DNA of 64,000 nucleotides from Nanobdellota archaeon (GTDB lineage: Archaea > Nanobdellota > Nanobdellia > Woesearchaeales > UBA9642). This document shows positions 29,110-38,984 of the stretch, in pieces. The translations under genes were made by a program, and so were the position numbers. Under the pieces are notes generated by a model that searched no databases, had not been told where the DNA came from, and saw only the letters and a list, made by a program, of their open reading frames with translations. The stretch covers positions 120,972 through 184,971 of the forward strand of contig JAKAKR010000004.1 in assembly GCA_021813435.1 (NCBI GenBank), given 5' to 3'. Within the stretch, counting starts at the first letter, position 1. Each line of letters starts with the position of its first letter.

Positions 29110-29925
29110 GTGTTGAGCATGACTATTAACGTGAATAAGATTCTTCGCAATAATAAATCACTGCTGCTCGCGTATGACCAGGGGCTTGAGCATGGTCCGC
29201 GGGATCTTGACAATAAATCAGTCGATCCCAAATACATCTTTGACATCGCGCTTGAGGGCATGTATGACGGTATCATTGTCCAGCACGGGATTGCAGAGAA
29301 ATATTATGGGTCCTATTTCAAGGAGATCCCGCTCATCGTGAAATTGAACGGCAAGACAAGCCTTACGAATATCGCTCCTTTATCGCGGCAACTCTGCTCA
29401 GTCGAGCGCGCAATCAAACTCGGCGCAAGCGCAGTCGGCTACACTGTTTATGTAGGAAGTCCCATGGAGCCAGAGATTCTCCACGAATTCTCCAAAGTCG
29501 TCGAGGTAGCGCATGATTATGGACTGCCGGTCATCGGATGGATGTATGCACGCGGTCCGACCATAAAAAATGATCTTGACAAGGACATTCTTGCCTATGG
29601 CGCCCGCATGGGACTTGAGCTTGGCGCTGATTTTCTCAAACTCAAATACAATCATGATCCCGAAAGCTACAAGTGGGTCGTGAAATGCGCAGGCAGGTCA
29701 CGCGTTCTTATTTCCGGCGGCGATAAGGTTGAGGAACTTGCATTCCTGAAAGAGGCTGAGGAAGTTATGAAGCTTGGTGTGAGCGGCATGGCAATCGGCA
29801 GAAATATCTGGCAGCATGAAAAACCGCTTGCACTCACCGCAGCACTCCACAAGATCATCCATGAAGGAAAAGCTGCGCAGGAAGCAATCAAAGTCTATGA
29901 GGACGAGGCAAAGAAGGGAAAATAG
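29110..29925 (+). CDS. fba: archaeal class I fructose-bisphosphate aldolase (DhnA/FbaB family)
   Basis: LAYDQGLEHGP, Schiff-base lysine region (GADFLKLKY), family-typical length. Confidence 0.8.
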   Translation: MLSMTINVNKILRNNKSLLLAYDQGLEHGPRDLDNKSVDPKYIFDIALEGMYDGIIVQHGIAEKYYGSYFKEIPLIVKLNGKTSLTNIAPLSRQLCSVERAIKLGASAVGYTVYVGSPMEPEILHEFSKVVEVAHDYGLPVIGWMYARGPTIKNDLDKDILAYGARMGLELGADFLKLKYNHDPESYKWVVKCAGRSRVLISGGDKVEELAFLKEAEEVMKLGVSGMAIGRNIWQHEKPLALTAALHKIIHEGKAAQEAIKVYEDEAKKGK

Positions 29926-29930
29926 AATTT

Positions 29931-30203
29931 TTATGCTGTTTCTTTCCTGATCCACTGCTCATAATCTTTATTTGCCGTAACATTCATCTTCATGATGCAC
30001 GGAGTTGTGTACGGATGGATCTTTTTTACCGCAGATTTTATCTTTGTCCAGTGTTCAGGTTTTGTTTTAACCAATGAGACAATCTCTCGCGAATTCTCAA
30101 TCTTTCCATTCCACCAGTATGCGCTCGTGATAGGAAAATAATTCACGCAGGCAATAAGTCTTCTCTTAAGAAGATGAGTGGCCACTTTTCTTGCCTCAGC
30201 CAT
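29931..30203 (-). CDS. cutA: CutA1 divalent-cation tolerance protein
   Basis: ACVNYFPITSAYWWNGKIE matches CutA core (aCvn..p..S.Y.WkG.i); start probably MAEARKV. Confidence 0.75.
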   Translation of the reverse strand: MAEARKVATHLLKRRLIACVNYFPITSAYWWNGKIENSREIVSLVKTKPEHWTKIKSAVKKIHPYTTPCIMKMNVTANKDYEQWIRKETA

Positions 30204-30345
30204 ATTCTTGTGCGTGATATAGATGATGATGAATGTCATGTTAAAATGGAGCGAAGGATGTTTATATAGTTAACGTAAATCGATTTATATCTTATTAACC
30301 CTACTTATTAACAACATTTTTAAATTTGTTATCTTCATAAAAATC

Positions 30346-30864
30346 ATGGCAAAAACAGACACACTTCATTTTATCATGACTGGTGGAACAATTGACTCGT
30401 ATTATGATGGTTCAAAAGATACCGCTGTTCCCCATGCACATTCTGCGATACCTAAATTTATCAATACATTAAAATTATATGAGACTTGCGAATTTACAGA
30501 AGTATGCATGAAGGATAGTCGGAATTTGACTGAGTCTGATAGAAAAAGTATTCTTAATGCAGTGATCGCGAGTAAATCTAAGAGAATTATTATTACCCAT
30601 GGAACATATACGCTGCCTGATACTGCAAGATATTTGAAGGCAAACCTTAAAAATAATGATAAAGTAATAATTTTTGTATGTTCGATGATACCGCTTGAAG
30701 GGTTCATACCGACTGATGCGGGATTCAACATCGGTTATGCAATCGCTCAATCCCAAGAATTATCTAAAGGAATTTATGTGTGTATGAATGGACGAATATT
30801 CACTCCTGAAGAAGTTGTTAAGATATTGTCTGAAGGGAGATTCGGATCCATTTATACACGATAA
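30346..30864 (+). CDS. stand-alone L-asparaginase N-terminal-domain-like protein
   Basis: MTGGTIDS (TGGTIA threonine motif) and ITHGTYTLPDTA (HGTDT motif); only 172 aa, lacks C-terminal asparaginase domain; AT-rich gene. Confidence 0.55.
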   Translation: MAKTDTLHFIMTGGTIDSYYDGSKDTAVPHAHSAIPKFINTLKLYETCEFTEVCMKDSRNLTESDRKSILNAVIASKSKRIIITHGTYTLPDTARYLKANLKNNDKVIIFVCSMIPLEGFIPTDAGFNIGYAIAQSQELSKGIYVCMNGRIFTPEEVVKILSEGRFGSIYTR

Positions 30865-30900
30865 TTTTATTTTAATGATTTTATTTTCACTTGTTGATTC

Positions 30901-31632
30901 TTATTGCGCGCTCTTCCACAATACTGCAAAAATTGTTCGTTTATCATCTGCAATGGTCTGATCATGGATGAGAACACTGATGACCTCGTTTTCTACGAGT
31001 TTGATGATGGCGACTTTATCTGCATAAATGAAGATCATTGAGTTAATATTGAATCCCTTGATTGAGCGTGTCTCCCGCGCCTGTTTCTCATCTGATTTTT
31101 TCAGTTCAAGTGTTTGTGGAGAATGCTCCTGAATGACACGTGCGTAGATCTTGAGTTCTGCGCGGCGTTTGATATAGAATGGGAAGTAATAATTCATGAT
31201 GTCAAAGATTTTGGAGGTCGAGATGACATCAGTCTGTTTCTTTGTTGCAAGAATATCTTCAAGAATTGTCTTGAAACCTTCTTTACCTTGGTATACTTCG
31301 ACTGTCGGCTTTTGGATCGTAAGCTCCTGTATGAGCTTTAGCTGTGGAAGGATAGTTTTGAGCTTCTCCTTCTTCTCTTCGAGTGATGCAATGAGCTTTT
31401 CAGGAGAGGCGACTTCGAAGTACGTTGTTTTTTCTTTAGTGATCTTTGAGGCGAGACCCTTTTCAAGAAATGATTTCAGGATATCGTATGTTGTTGATCT
31501 GTTCAGGTAGGATTTTTGTGCAATCGTATTTGCAGTTGCTGTCCCGAGTGCAAGGCAGGCCAGATAAATCTTTACTTCTTTGGTTGAGAGTCCGAACGAG
31601 ATAAGCGCTTCCTCTATGCTTATGTCTTCCAT
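30901..31632 (-). CDS. TrmB-family transcriptional regulator (paralog 4)
   Basis: FGLSTKEVKIYLACLALGTATANTIAQKSYLNRSTTYDILKSFLEKGL wHTH; start moved to MEDISIEE. Confidence 0.75.
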   Translation of the reverse strand: MEDISIEEALISFGLSTKEVKIYLACLALGTATANTIAQKSYLNRSTTYDILKSFLEKGLASKITKEKTTYFEVASPEKLIASLEEKKEKLKTILPQLKLIQELTIQKPTVEVYQGKEGFKTILEDILATKKQTDVISTSKIFDIMNYYFPFYIKRRAELKIYARVIQEHSPQTLELKKSDEKQARETRSIKGFNINSMIFIYADKVAIIKLVENEVISVLIHDQTIADDKRTIFAVLWKSAQ

Positions 31633-31734
31633 GTATTTCTCTACAGTGCGTGCATATTTAAATATGTTGGTTTTTTTAATCAACAAAAATTTATATATTA
31701 TAGTTACCACGTAAAAGTAGTTTAAAACAAAGAG

Positions 31735-32220
31735 GTGGTTTACATGAGTAAGATCAAAACTTTAGGCTTTATCGGCACAGCTGCTTTGGCTGCATGGTTT
31801 ACATTTAAGAGTCCAGTCCAATACGAAAAGCCCTATACTTCAGAATCGGTTATTGAAAAGATTGTAGGAATTACAAGAAAGGACACTGTTAAGTTGTATG
31901 CTGAGACCGCGCATTCTTCTCTAGCCTCTGCTCCGAAATATAATTTTTTCCTTGAATGGAAAGAGGGTGGTAAATCCGTCAGGTTTGGTTATTCTGACGA
32001 CAACGACTTAACAGACCCTTATTCTATAGGATTTCCGCATTCCCGTAATGCAAGAAGTTACTCTTCGTCTCCTATCAAATATGTCAATGACTCTTCATTT
32101 ATGGCAGACCACGGATTTAACAATGATGAACGAAAGGACATTATGTACAAATGGTTAATCTTTCAGGAGGATTTCAAAGATGATTATCACAAGCTTGCTG
32201 GTGATTTATATAAGAACTGA
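31735..32220 (+). CDS. hypothetical secreted/anchored protein
   Basis: N-terminal hydrophobic segment LGFIGTAALAAWFTF; no family. Confidence 0.4.
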   Translation: MVYMSKIKTLGFIGTAALAAWFTFKSPVQYEKPYTSESVIEKIVGITRKDTVKLYAETAHSSLASAPKYNFFLEWKEGGKSVRFGYSDDNDLTDPYSIGFPHSRNARSYSSSPIKYVNDSSFMADHGFNNDERKDIMYKWLIFQEDFKDDYHKLAGDLYKN

Positions 32221-32222
32221 GA

Positions 32223-33227
32223 TCAATTGATAAGCACGATCATCCGTGTCAAACTCTTATGCACATAATGGGGGATGAGTGCATTGATTGCAAGTTTTTT
32301 TGATAGATTTTTCTTTAATATCTTTTTGTAATCCACAAAGTCTGGCATAACTATGACTGCGCGGCCATTGATTTTTCGGATAAAGCGCGCATACAACGCC
32401 GTGATATCATCGCTCTTCTTTGAACTCTTCCCGTACGGAAGATCAGTCAAGACATTGGCATAGGACTTGATTGCAAGCGCGTCCTCTACGCGCAGCGTAT
32501 ATTGTTTTGGATCGATGTGGTAATGGTCAAGGTTAATCTTGCACCTGCGCAGCATTGCAGCATCAATATCATAACCTGTGCATGGAACACGCATGAGTCC
32601 TGCTTCGAGAAGTATCCCGCCGGCACCACAGAAGGGATCGATGAACCCTTTTTGGAGAGAAGGATTAAGGATGTTGACGAGTCCGCGCGCCATCTTGGGA
32701 TGCATTGCAGTCGGATGGAGTTCTGGTCTGAAGTGCGCGCGGCGATCATTGAAATGCTCATTATTTTCCCAAAACTGTAAGGCGACATATGCGCTTGCTC
32801 CTATGATGATCACTTCGATATGCGTTGCAGGATTATTGAGATCAACCTTTGGCGTGATGCTCTTTTCTGCGAGTTTTCTCCAGACATATGGTGCAAGATC
32901 CTGCTCCCGAAGATTATGTGCCGCAATATTTTTTTTATCTTCAGCATGGATACGTACACAGAAATCATCCCTGTAGATCTTTGACCAGTCAAATGACTCG
33001 AATCGTTTGATGAGTTCAACTGACTTGCATTCAAACACTAATTTGAGGACCTTGTGCGTATATGCGAGTCGCGGGATTTTTGCGTGATTATTTTTTTTGA
33101 TATGTGCGATGATTAAATGCCCCTTTTTTTCGTATGCTTTCAATCCGAGTAATTCTGCAGCCTCTAATTGCGCCAGTGCAATGTTCTCCTGTGAGAGGAT
33201 AAGGATATACTTTACTGGTGTCATCAT
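32223..33227 (-). CDS. trm11: tRNA (guanine10-N2)-methyltransferase Trm11-like (THUMP + class I MTase)
   Basis: N-terminal THUMP-like region, MTase motif I DPFCGAGGILLEAGL, motif IV-like LTDLPYG. Confidence 0.8.
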   Translation of the reverse strand: MMTPVKYILILSQENIALAQLEAAELLGLKAYEKKGHLIIAHIKKNNHAKIPRLAYTHKVLKLVFECKSVELIKRFESFDWSKIYRDDFCVRIHAEDKKNIAAHNLREQDLAPYVWRKLAEKSITPKVDLNNPATHIEVIIIGASAYVALQFWENNEHFNDRRAHFRPELHPTAMHPKMARGLVNILNPSLQKGFIDPFCGAGGILLEAGLMRVPCTGYDIDAAMLRRCKINLDHYHIDPKQYTLRVEDALAIKSYANVLTDLPYGKSSKKSDDITALYARFIRKINGRAVIVMPDFVDYKKILKKNLSKKLAINALIPHYVHKSLTRMIVLIN

Positions 33228-33254
33228 GCCATAACTATCACTAACTTTTTAAAG

Positions 33255-33602
33255 TTGATTATCGAAGATCGAATCTATATGGAAACTCTTGAACAGGTTT
33301 CTCGGCGTCGCCAGGGCAGGCCGCTCGGATCAAATGTGCGCCAGAACATCATTGAGATCCTTGCAGCACGTGGACCGCTTTACGGCTATGAAATCTACAA
33401 GATATACATCGATATCTTTCCTAAGATCACCCTGCGCTCAATCTATTATCATATGAAAAAAGGTGTTGCGCTCAAAGAATTTGTGGTGCATGAGATAAAA
33501 CATGTCGAAGGTGATTACTCCTGGGGTTCGCGAAGTGAGAACATCGTCTATACCTTAGGACCTCTTGCAGAGCCGCGCGGCGATAAGCGATTAACATCAT
33601 AG
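33255..33602 (+). CDS. small winged-helix transcriptional regulator (family uncertain)
   Basis: NVRQNIIEILAARGPLYGYEIYKIY wHTH-like segment. Confidence 0.4.
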   Translation: MIIEDRIYMETLEQVSRRRQGRPLGSNVRQNIIEILAARGPLYGYEIYKIYIDIFPKITLRSIYYHMKKGVALKEFVVHEIKHVEGDYSWGSRSENIVYTLGPLAEPRGDKRLTS

Positions 33603-33637
33603 TAGAAGAGATCGTCACTGCGTTTTCCTGCGTGTTC

Positions 33638-34084
33638 TTATATGCTGCGAAAATTAATATGAGTGGCTATCTCGTTATATTCGCACTTGTTTCCCGTATA
33701 CGCATAATGCGTCCCCCAGAACATTCCGATATTGAATGCGCTGTGCACTGCTTGGATGATATCCTTGACTTTCCCATCAAGATATTTAGGGGTCCTGTCT
33801 GCTACTTGATCGACATATTCGTCGATGATGCTCTCCTTATTCACGGGTTTGAGATACGTGGTCATATCTTCGATCGATGCTTTTGCAGCGATATTTTGTC
33901 CGAGTGTTTCTCCATTATTGAATGCGTATTCTAATATCTTATTGATATCTCTTGCAGTGATGTTCTTAAATCCATCTTTAGCAATACCTTGATGGATATC
34001 AATCTTTAACTGTTCGTCTGCAACAGTTATGACTTGCCGATATGCTTCGATATATGCACTATTGAGTGTATTGAGCTTTTCCAT
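33638..34084 (-). CDS. hypothetical protein
   Basis: 148-aa ORF, no recognisable motifs. Confidence 0.4.
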   Translation of the reverse strand: MEKLNTLNSAYIEAYRQVITVADEQLKIDIHQGIAKDGFKNITARDINKILEYAFNNGETLGQNIAAKASIEDMTTYLKPVNKESIIDEYVDQVADRTPKYLDGKVKDIIQAVHSAFNIGMFWGTHYAYTGNKCEYNEIATHINFRSI

Positions 34085-34234
34085 ACGCCACCCCGCAACT
34101 ATCTACTCAACAATAGTACTTATTTTATAAATCTTTTGTTGTATCGCATCATCGCGCGCATCAAGAGATATATTTGCAACGCGCCGGCAACCCTTGAAAA
34201 CAATATTTATAAACCTGCGCTTTATCTCTTAGTC

Positions 34235-35836
34235 ATGGAACCCGCGGAGCAGAATACTAAATCCTCGACAAAAATCTATGATGAACTTGTCGCATTTATG
34301 CAGCAGAAAGGATTTATCTGGGGTCCTGAACCTGAGATCTATGGCGGGCTTGCAGGATTCTACACCTACGCGCCCTTAGGTAAACTTCTCAAGAACAATG
34401 TGGAAAATGAGATACGCCGGTTATACATGAAAAACGGATTCTGGGAAGTAGAGTGCCCGACAGTCATGCAGAAAGAGGTCTGGCAGGCATCAGGACACCT
34501 TGGCGGATTCACTGATCCGGTCATCATTTGTTCGAAATGTAAAGGAAATTTTAGAGCTGATAAATTAATTGAGGATTATTTTTTTCAAAACAAAGAAGAT
34601 TACCATGAAGGATTAACCATAGGTTCGGTTACCCCTGAAAATTTATCAAATCTTTTTAATGTACATAAAGAAATTGCATGTCCGAATTGTAAAAATGTTT
34701 TTATAAATGTAAAACCAACAGATATTAAAGAGCATACTTTAATGATGAAAACCACCATTGGTCTTGATGTCGAGGCATACAATAGGCCTGAGACTGCGAC
34801 GACAACCTATCTCCCATTCCTGCGTTATACTGAATTCTTCAGGAAAAAACTCCCCTTCTCTGTATTCCAGATCGGAAAAGCATACCGCAATGAGATCAGC
34901 CCACGCCAGCATGTCATGCGCTGCAGGGAATTCACCCAGGCAGAGGCGCAGATATTCCTTTTCAAGGATCAGAAAACTGAATTCGAGAAATATGCTACAG
35001 TCCAGCATAACACCATGCCGCTTTGGCCCTGGCAATTCCAGGAAAACAATACTGCGCCAAAAATCATCACTGTCCATGAAGCACTCGAAAAAGGGTATTT
35101 CAAGAACAAGGCATACGCATGGGCAGTCCATCTTGCGTATAGCTTCTTCAAGGCAATCGGAATCCCCGATGAAAAAATCCGTCTGCGACAGCATTACCCT
35201 GATGAAAAGGCATTCTATGCGGATGATGCCTGGGATATCGAAGTCAAATTACACTCTTTTGGATGGTTTGAACTCTGCGGCGTCCATGACCGGACAAACT
35301 ATGATTTGACGCAGCACGGCAAAGCTTCCGGTAAATCACTCACTGCATTCAATGAGCAGTCAACTGCGACAGAAAAAAATGAGATCCCGAATATCATTGA
35401 GATCGCATTCGGGACTGACCGGCCAACATTTGCGCTCCTCGATCTCTTCTATGCAAAAATCGATGAGAAAGAGGGCAAGACAAAATTCATGATCCCTCGG
35501 CATATGGCGCCAGTCAAAGTTGCAGTATTTCCGCTTGTGAAAAAGAATGGACTCTCAGAGGCCGCACAAAAACTTTTCGATGAATTGCAGCAGGAATTCT
35601 CCGCGCGCTATGATGCCGCAGGAAGCATCGGCAAACGGTACCTGCGCGAAGACGAGAGCGGAACACCCTACTGCATCACCATAGATTATGATACTATCAA
35701 GACTGACTCACCGCATTATGGCACAGTCACGATCCGCGATCGCGACACCGAAGAACAGAAACGGATCAAATTAATCGATGTGAAAGAGACCATTAAAAAA
35801 CTACTGTCTTATGAACTGAAGTGGGAGAATCTCTAA
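34235..35836 (+). CDS. glyS: glycyl-tRNA synthetase (archaeal/eukaryal alpha2 type, class II)
   Basis: GFIWGPEPEIYGGLAGFYTYAPLG N-terminal signature, class II motifs, C-terminal anticodon-binding domain; Cys-containing insertion CSKC...CPNC; true start MEPAEQ at 34235. Confidence 0.9.
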   Translation: MEPAEQNTKSSTKIYDELVAFMQQKGFIWGPEPEIYGGLAGFYTYAPLGKLLKNNVENEIRRLYMKNGFWEVECPTVMQKEVWQASGHLGGFTDPVIICSKCKGNFRADKLIEDYFFQNKEDYHEGLTIGSVTPENLSNLFNVHKEIACPNCKNVFINVKPTDIKEHTLMMKTTIGLDVEAYNRPETATTTYLPFLRYTEFFRKKLPFSVFQIGKAYRNEISPRQHVMRCREFTQAEAQIFLFKDQKTEFEKYATVQHNTMPLWPWQFQENNTAPKIITVHEALEKGYFKNKAYAWAVHLAYSFFKAIGIPDEKIRLRQHYPDEKAFYADDAWDIEVKLHSFGWFELCGVHDRTNYDLTQHGKASGKSLTAFNEQSTATEKNEIPNIIEIAFGTDRPTFALLDLFYAKIDEKEGKTKFMIPRHMAPVKVAVFPLVKKNGLSEAAQKLFDELQQEFSARYDAAGSIGKRYLREDESGTPYCITIDYDTIKTDSPHYGTVTIRDRDTEEQKRIKLIDVKETIKKLLSYELKWENL

Positions 35837-35862
35837 TCTCTTATTGCTTTTCTCAATTTTTT

Positions 35863-36825
35863 TTAGAGTGATTCCGGGATATATCGATATGTATGTTCTT
35901 TAATGAATCGAAGAACAAACCACTCCTTGATGATTTTACCGTAATGCATTCGTGTTTCTTCTTCGAGTTTCTGCAATGCATCGGTTGACGAGAGATGTAT
36001 CTCTATCTCGAGATTTACTCCATTCAAATACTTAGTAAAATAGATGACCCCCGGATGTGTACTGAAAAATGCTTTAAGCGCAAGAAAGGATTTTGCATCA
36101 TAATGCTTGAGTGTGATAAAGATCTTGTAATAGGTATATCCGGTCTTTTCAGTATCGATGAACGGGCGATATCCTAAAATGACATTATTTTTTTCAAGTT
36201 TTTTTAATCGTTCTTTTACGGTATTAATACTGAGTTTCGATTTTTTTGCAAGCGCGATGATGCCGATATTGGCATTGCTTGCAAGGATGCGCAGGAGTGC
36301 ATAGTCCTTGATATCGATTGTTATCCCTGTTTTTTCAAATTTCCGCTCGACAAATGTCGAACGCTTTGTTGTTATGAAATATTCTTTCAAAAAATGTTCA
36401 AGTTGCATGAGCATTCCGATCTGTTCTTCTTCAATAATCCCATTGAATTGCATATGCAGCTGCTCCTGAAACTTTTCGAAATCAGGGATTGTTCTCCAAA
36501 CAGTCACTACATCGATGTCCCATCGTCCATCACATTCCATGAGCCACATTACTTCCTTAGTCGCGTTGATGTGACTGATGAGTTTTTCCCGTTCTTGGGC
36601 TGTATAATTGCTCAGTTTCAATAATGTGCGAAACGAATGATAACCGAGCTTCTTGATATCAATTTCTGTAAAATATCCCCTGATGATCTTTTCCTGTTCA
36701 AGCCGCCTGATACGGTATAATACGACATTACGATGTACTTTGAGTTTGCGTGCAAGCTGGCTGCTGCTTTGCCTACAGTCTGTATCAAGTGCGTACAAGA
36801 GCTTTTTATCAATCAAATCGAGCAT
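35863..36825 (-). CDS. tandem Lrp/AsnC-family regulator (two HTH+RAM modules fused)
   Basis: Two AsnC-type HTH segments (LDLIDKKLLYALDTDCRQSSSQLARKLKVHRNVVLYRIRRL; DYALLRILASNANIGIIALAKKSKLSINTVKERLKKL), each followed by RAM-like domain. Confidence 0.7.
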   Translation of the reverse strand: MLDLIDKKLLYALDTDCRQSSSQLARKLKVHRNVVLYRIRRLEQEKIIRGYFTEIDIKKLGYHSFRTLLKLSNYTAQEREKLISHINATKEVMWLMECDGRWDIDVVTVWRTIPDFEKFQEQLHMQFNGIIEEEQIGMLMQLEHFLKEYFITTKRSTFVERKFEKTGITIDIKDYALLRILASNANIGIIALAKKSKLSINTVKERLKKLEKNNVILGYRPFIDTEKTGYTYYKIFITLKHYDAKSFLALKAFFSTHPGVIYFTKYLNGVNLEIEIHLSSTDALQKLEEETRMHYGKIIKEWFVLRFIKEHTYRYIPESL

Positions 36826-36920
36826 AATATGTTAATAATGTTACTATTTTTATATTTTATGATAATATGCACAGAAAATAGATAAAAGATTTTATATATA
36901 AATTATCACTTTATAGTGGT

Positions 36921-37586
36921 ATGAACAACACTCAATTGACTACACAAGCATTAGATCCTGTCATTATGAATGAAACATTTTGGCAATATTTCCAAGAAGA
37001 AGGAAAATTAGTTACTGCGTTTATGAGCGGCTCAATACTTGATGTTGCATGCGGGCGCTGCCGTATAGTCCAGTATCTATCTCCTACTTGCAAACAATAT
37101 TCTGGATTAGACATCAATCTGGATCTTGATAAGATATTTGAAGACAATAAGAAATTAGCCCCGTGGAGCTATAAGCCATCATTATCTTATTATTATCATA
37201 AAGATGCACGTGAAATATCTTCCCTTTTCAAAGAGGATGAGTTCGATAATTCTTGCTGCTTATGGAATAGTCTTCCAATCATTGGAAATGAGCCTCAAAC
37301 ACTTGCAGACATTGCGAATGTCACAAAAAACAACATTCTCATCACCCTCGTTGCAAAAAATGAACAATCGCTTGCAGCACGCATAAAGTATTATGAAGGA
37401 ACAGGGATGTCATTTACAGTCGATAAGGAAAACCACATCATCTATTCAGATGTCTGGGGTGCGTCAAAGGGATATGACTCATCTATATTCGAAACTTGGG
37501 CAAAAGATGCAAATGTAAAATTAATTGAATCAGGACCAATCGGGATACTTGGAAATTATGGGAGATATACAGCAGTGAAACAATGA
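36921..37586 (+). CDS. class I SAM-dependent methyltransferase-like protein
   Basis: motif I ILDVACGRC, post-I YSGLDIN; AT-rich. Confidence 0.45.
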   Translation: MNNTQLTTQALDPVIMNETFWQYFQEEGKLVTAFMSGSILDVACGRCRIVQYLSPTCKQYSGLDINLDLDKIFEDNKKLAPWSYKPSLSYYYHKDAREISSLFKEDEFDNSCCLWNSLPIIGNEPQTLADIANVTKNNILITLVAKNEQSLAARIKYYEGTGMSFTVDKENHIIYSDVWGASKGYDSSIFETWAKDANVKLIESGPIGILGNYGRYTAVKQ

Positions 37587-37882
37587 AAATCTGGGAAGAA
37601 AAATGGAACGAGATATGGCAGATACCGCAAGGTATTACATACAATCCTGCGACTACGACACTTATTAATCGCATTGACTGTCTTGAACCATTGACAAAAG
37701 AGAATGATAAACCTATACCTACAATTTACACAGGCATATATTCATTATTTACGATAAAAAATCTTGAGCGATCACGCTACGATCACATAAGAAAATCCAC
37801 TGACCATACACGCAAATGTTTATTTCTCGAAAGCGCAGGCAAAAAAGACTTTACATCCAAATACCACTTATATATTCAATGA
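37583..37882 (+). CDS. hypothetical small protein
   Basis: 99-aa ORF overlapping upstream stop by 4 nt (ATGA); unknown. Confidence 0.35.
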   Translation: MKIWEEKWNEIWQIPQGITYNPATTTLINRIDCLEPLTKENDKPIPTIYTGIYSLFTIKNLERSRYDHIRKSTDHTRKCLFLESAGKKDFTSKYHLYIQ

Positions 37883-37898
37883 TTTTCCTCGGCCTTCG

Positions 37899-38198
37899 AT
37901 GTCTGCATTCACTAGTGAGGTTCAGATAAACAAATATGAACTATGCTGGGGATTATCGACTGATTACAGTATACGGCCATATTTTCATGATCCAGATTCT
38001 CCTTTGATCCTTCTATATAAAGGCAGCATTAATGTGGAGTCTGATTATAAGAAGAGATTAAAAGAATATCCAAAACACGGCTATGAAGCATCAGATATTA
38101 TTGTCCCAGACCAGACAATCTTTGACCAGGTTTTTAATCCAATAGAAGAGGTGTTATTACAATTGAGACCTGAGTTGATAGATACGTGTTATCGATAA
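37899..38198 (+). CDS. hypothetical small protein
   Basis: 99-aa ORF; unknown. Confidence 0.35.
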   Translation: MSAFTSEVQINKYELCWGLSTDYSIRPYFHDPDSPLILLYKGSINVESDYKKRLKEYPKHGYEASDIIVPDQTIFDQVFNPIEEVLLQLRPELIDTCYR

Positions 38199-38249
38199 TC
38201 ATTCCTTCAATTCCCAAACATTTTTAAAATCCCTCGTCATTCGATAGAT

Positions 38250-38984
38250 ATGCTTAAACTCTACAACACGCTTACGCGTACGAAAGAAGAATTCAAACCG
38301 ATTCATGCAGGAAAGGTCGGTATGTATACCTGCGGCCCGACCGTGTATTATTTTGCGCATATCGGAAATCTTCGCGCATATCTCTTTGAAGATATCCTTA
38401 AGCGTGTTCTTGAATATAATAAATATCAAGTCAATCATGTCATGAACATCACTGATGTCGGCCATCTTACAAGTGACGCTGATGAAGGCGAAGATAAGAT
38501 GCTGAAAGGCGCAAAGCGTGAGGGAAAGAGCGTCTGGGAGATTGCAAAATTCTATGAGGAAGCATTCTTTGCAGACCTACGGAAATTACACATCATTTAT
38601 CCATCAATTACATGCCGCGCAACAGAACATATTCCAGAAATGATTGCATTAATCAAACGCATTGAGCATAATGGTTACACCTACATTGCGAATGGTAATG
38701 TATATTTTGATATTGCTAAATTTAAGCATTATGGCGACCTTGCACGATTGAACCTTGACGAACTCAAAGCAGGAGCAAGAATTGCTGTCGATGAACATAA
38801 GCATAATCCACAGGACTTTGTCTTATGGTTCACTAAATCAAAATTTGATAATCAGGAGATGAAATGGGATGCCGTTTTTGAATTTACTCTTACAGATGAA
38901 GAATATGAGAAGCTAAAAGAGTTTGCAACCACAAGCAAAAACGTAGATATCATTCACACAGAAGAGGTTGAAAATGATATCTAA
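38250..38984 (+). CDS. cysS: cysteinyl-tRNA synthetase, N-terminal fragment (HIGH motif, catalytic domain first half)
   Basis: MYTCGPTVYYFAHIGNLRAY (CGPTVY + HIGH-type motif), FVLWFTKSKFDNQEMKWD region; CysRS homology stops at ~38870 (KWD), remaining 38 codons are insertion-derived. Confidence 0.85.
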   Translation: MLKLYNTLTRTKEEFKPIHAGKVGMYTCGPTVYYFAHIGNLRAYLFEDILKRVLEYNKYQVNHVMNITDVGHLTSDADEGEDKMLKGAKREGKSVWEIAKFYEEAFFADLRKLHIIYPSITCRATEHIPEMIALIKRIEHNGYTYIANGNVYFDIAKFKHYGDLARLNLDELKAGARIAVDEHKHNPQDFVLWFTKSKFDNQEMKWDAVFEFTLTDEEYEKLKEFATTSKNVDIIHTEEVENDI

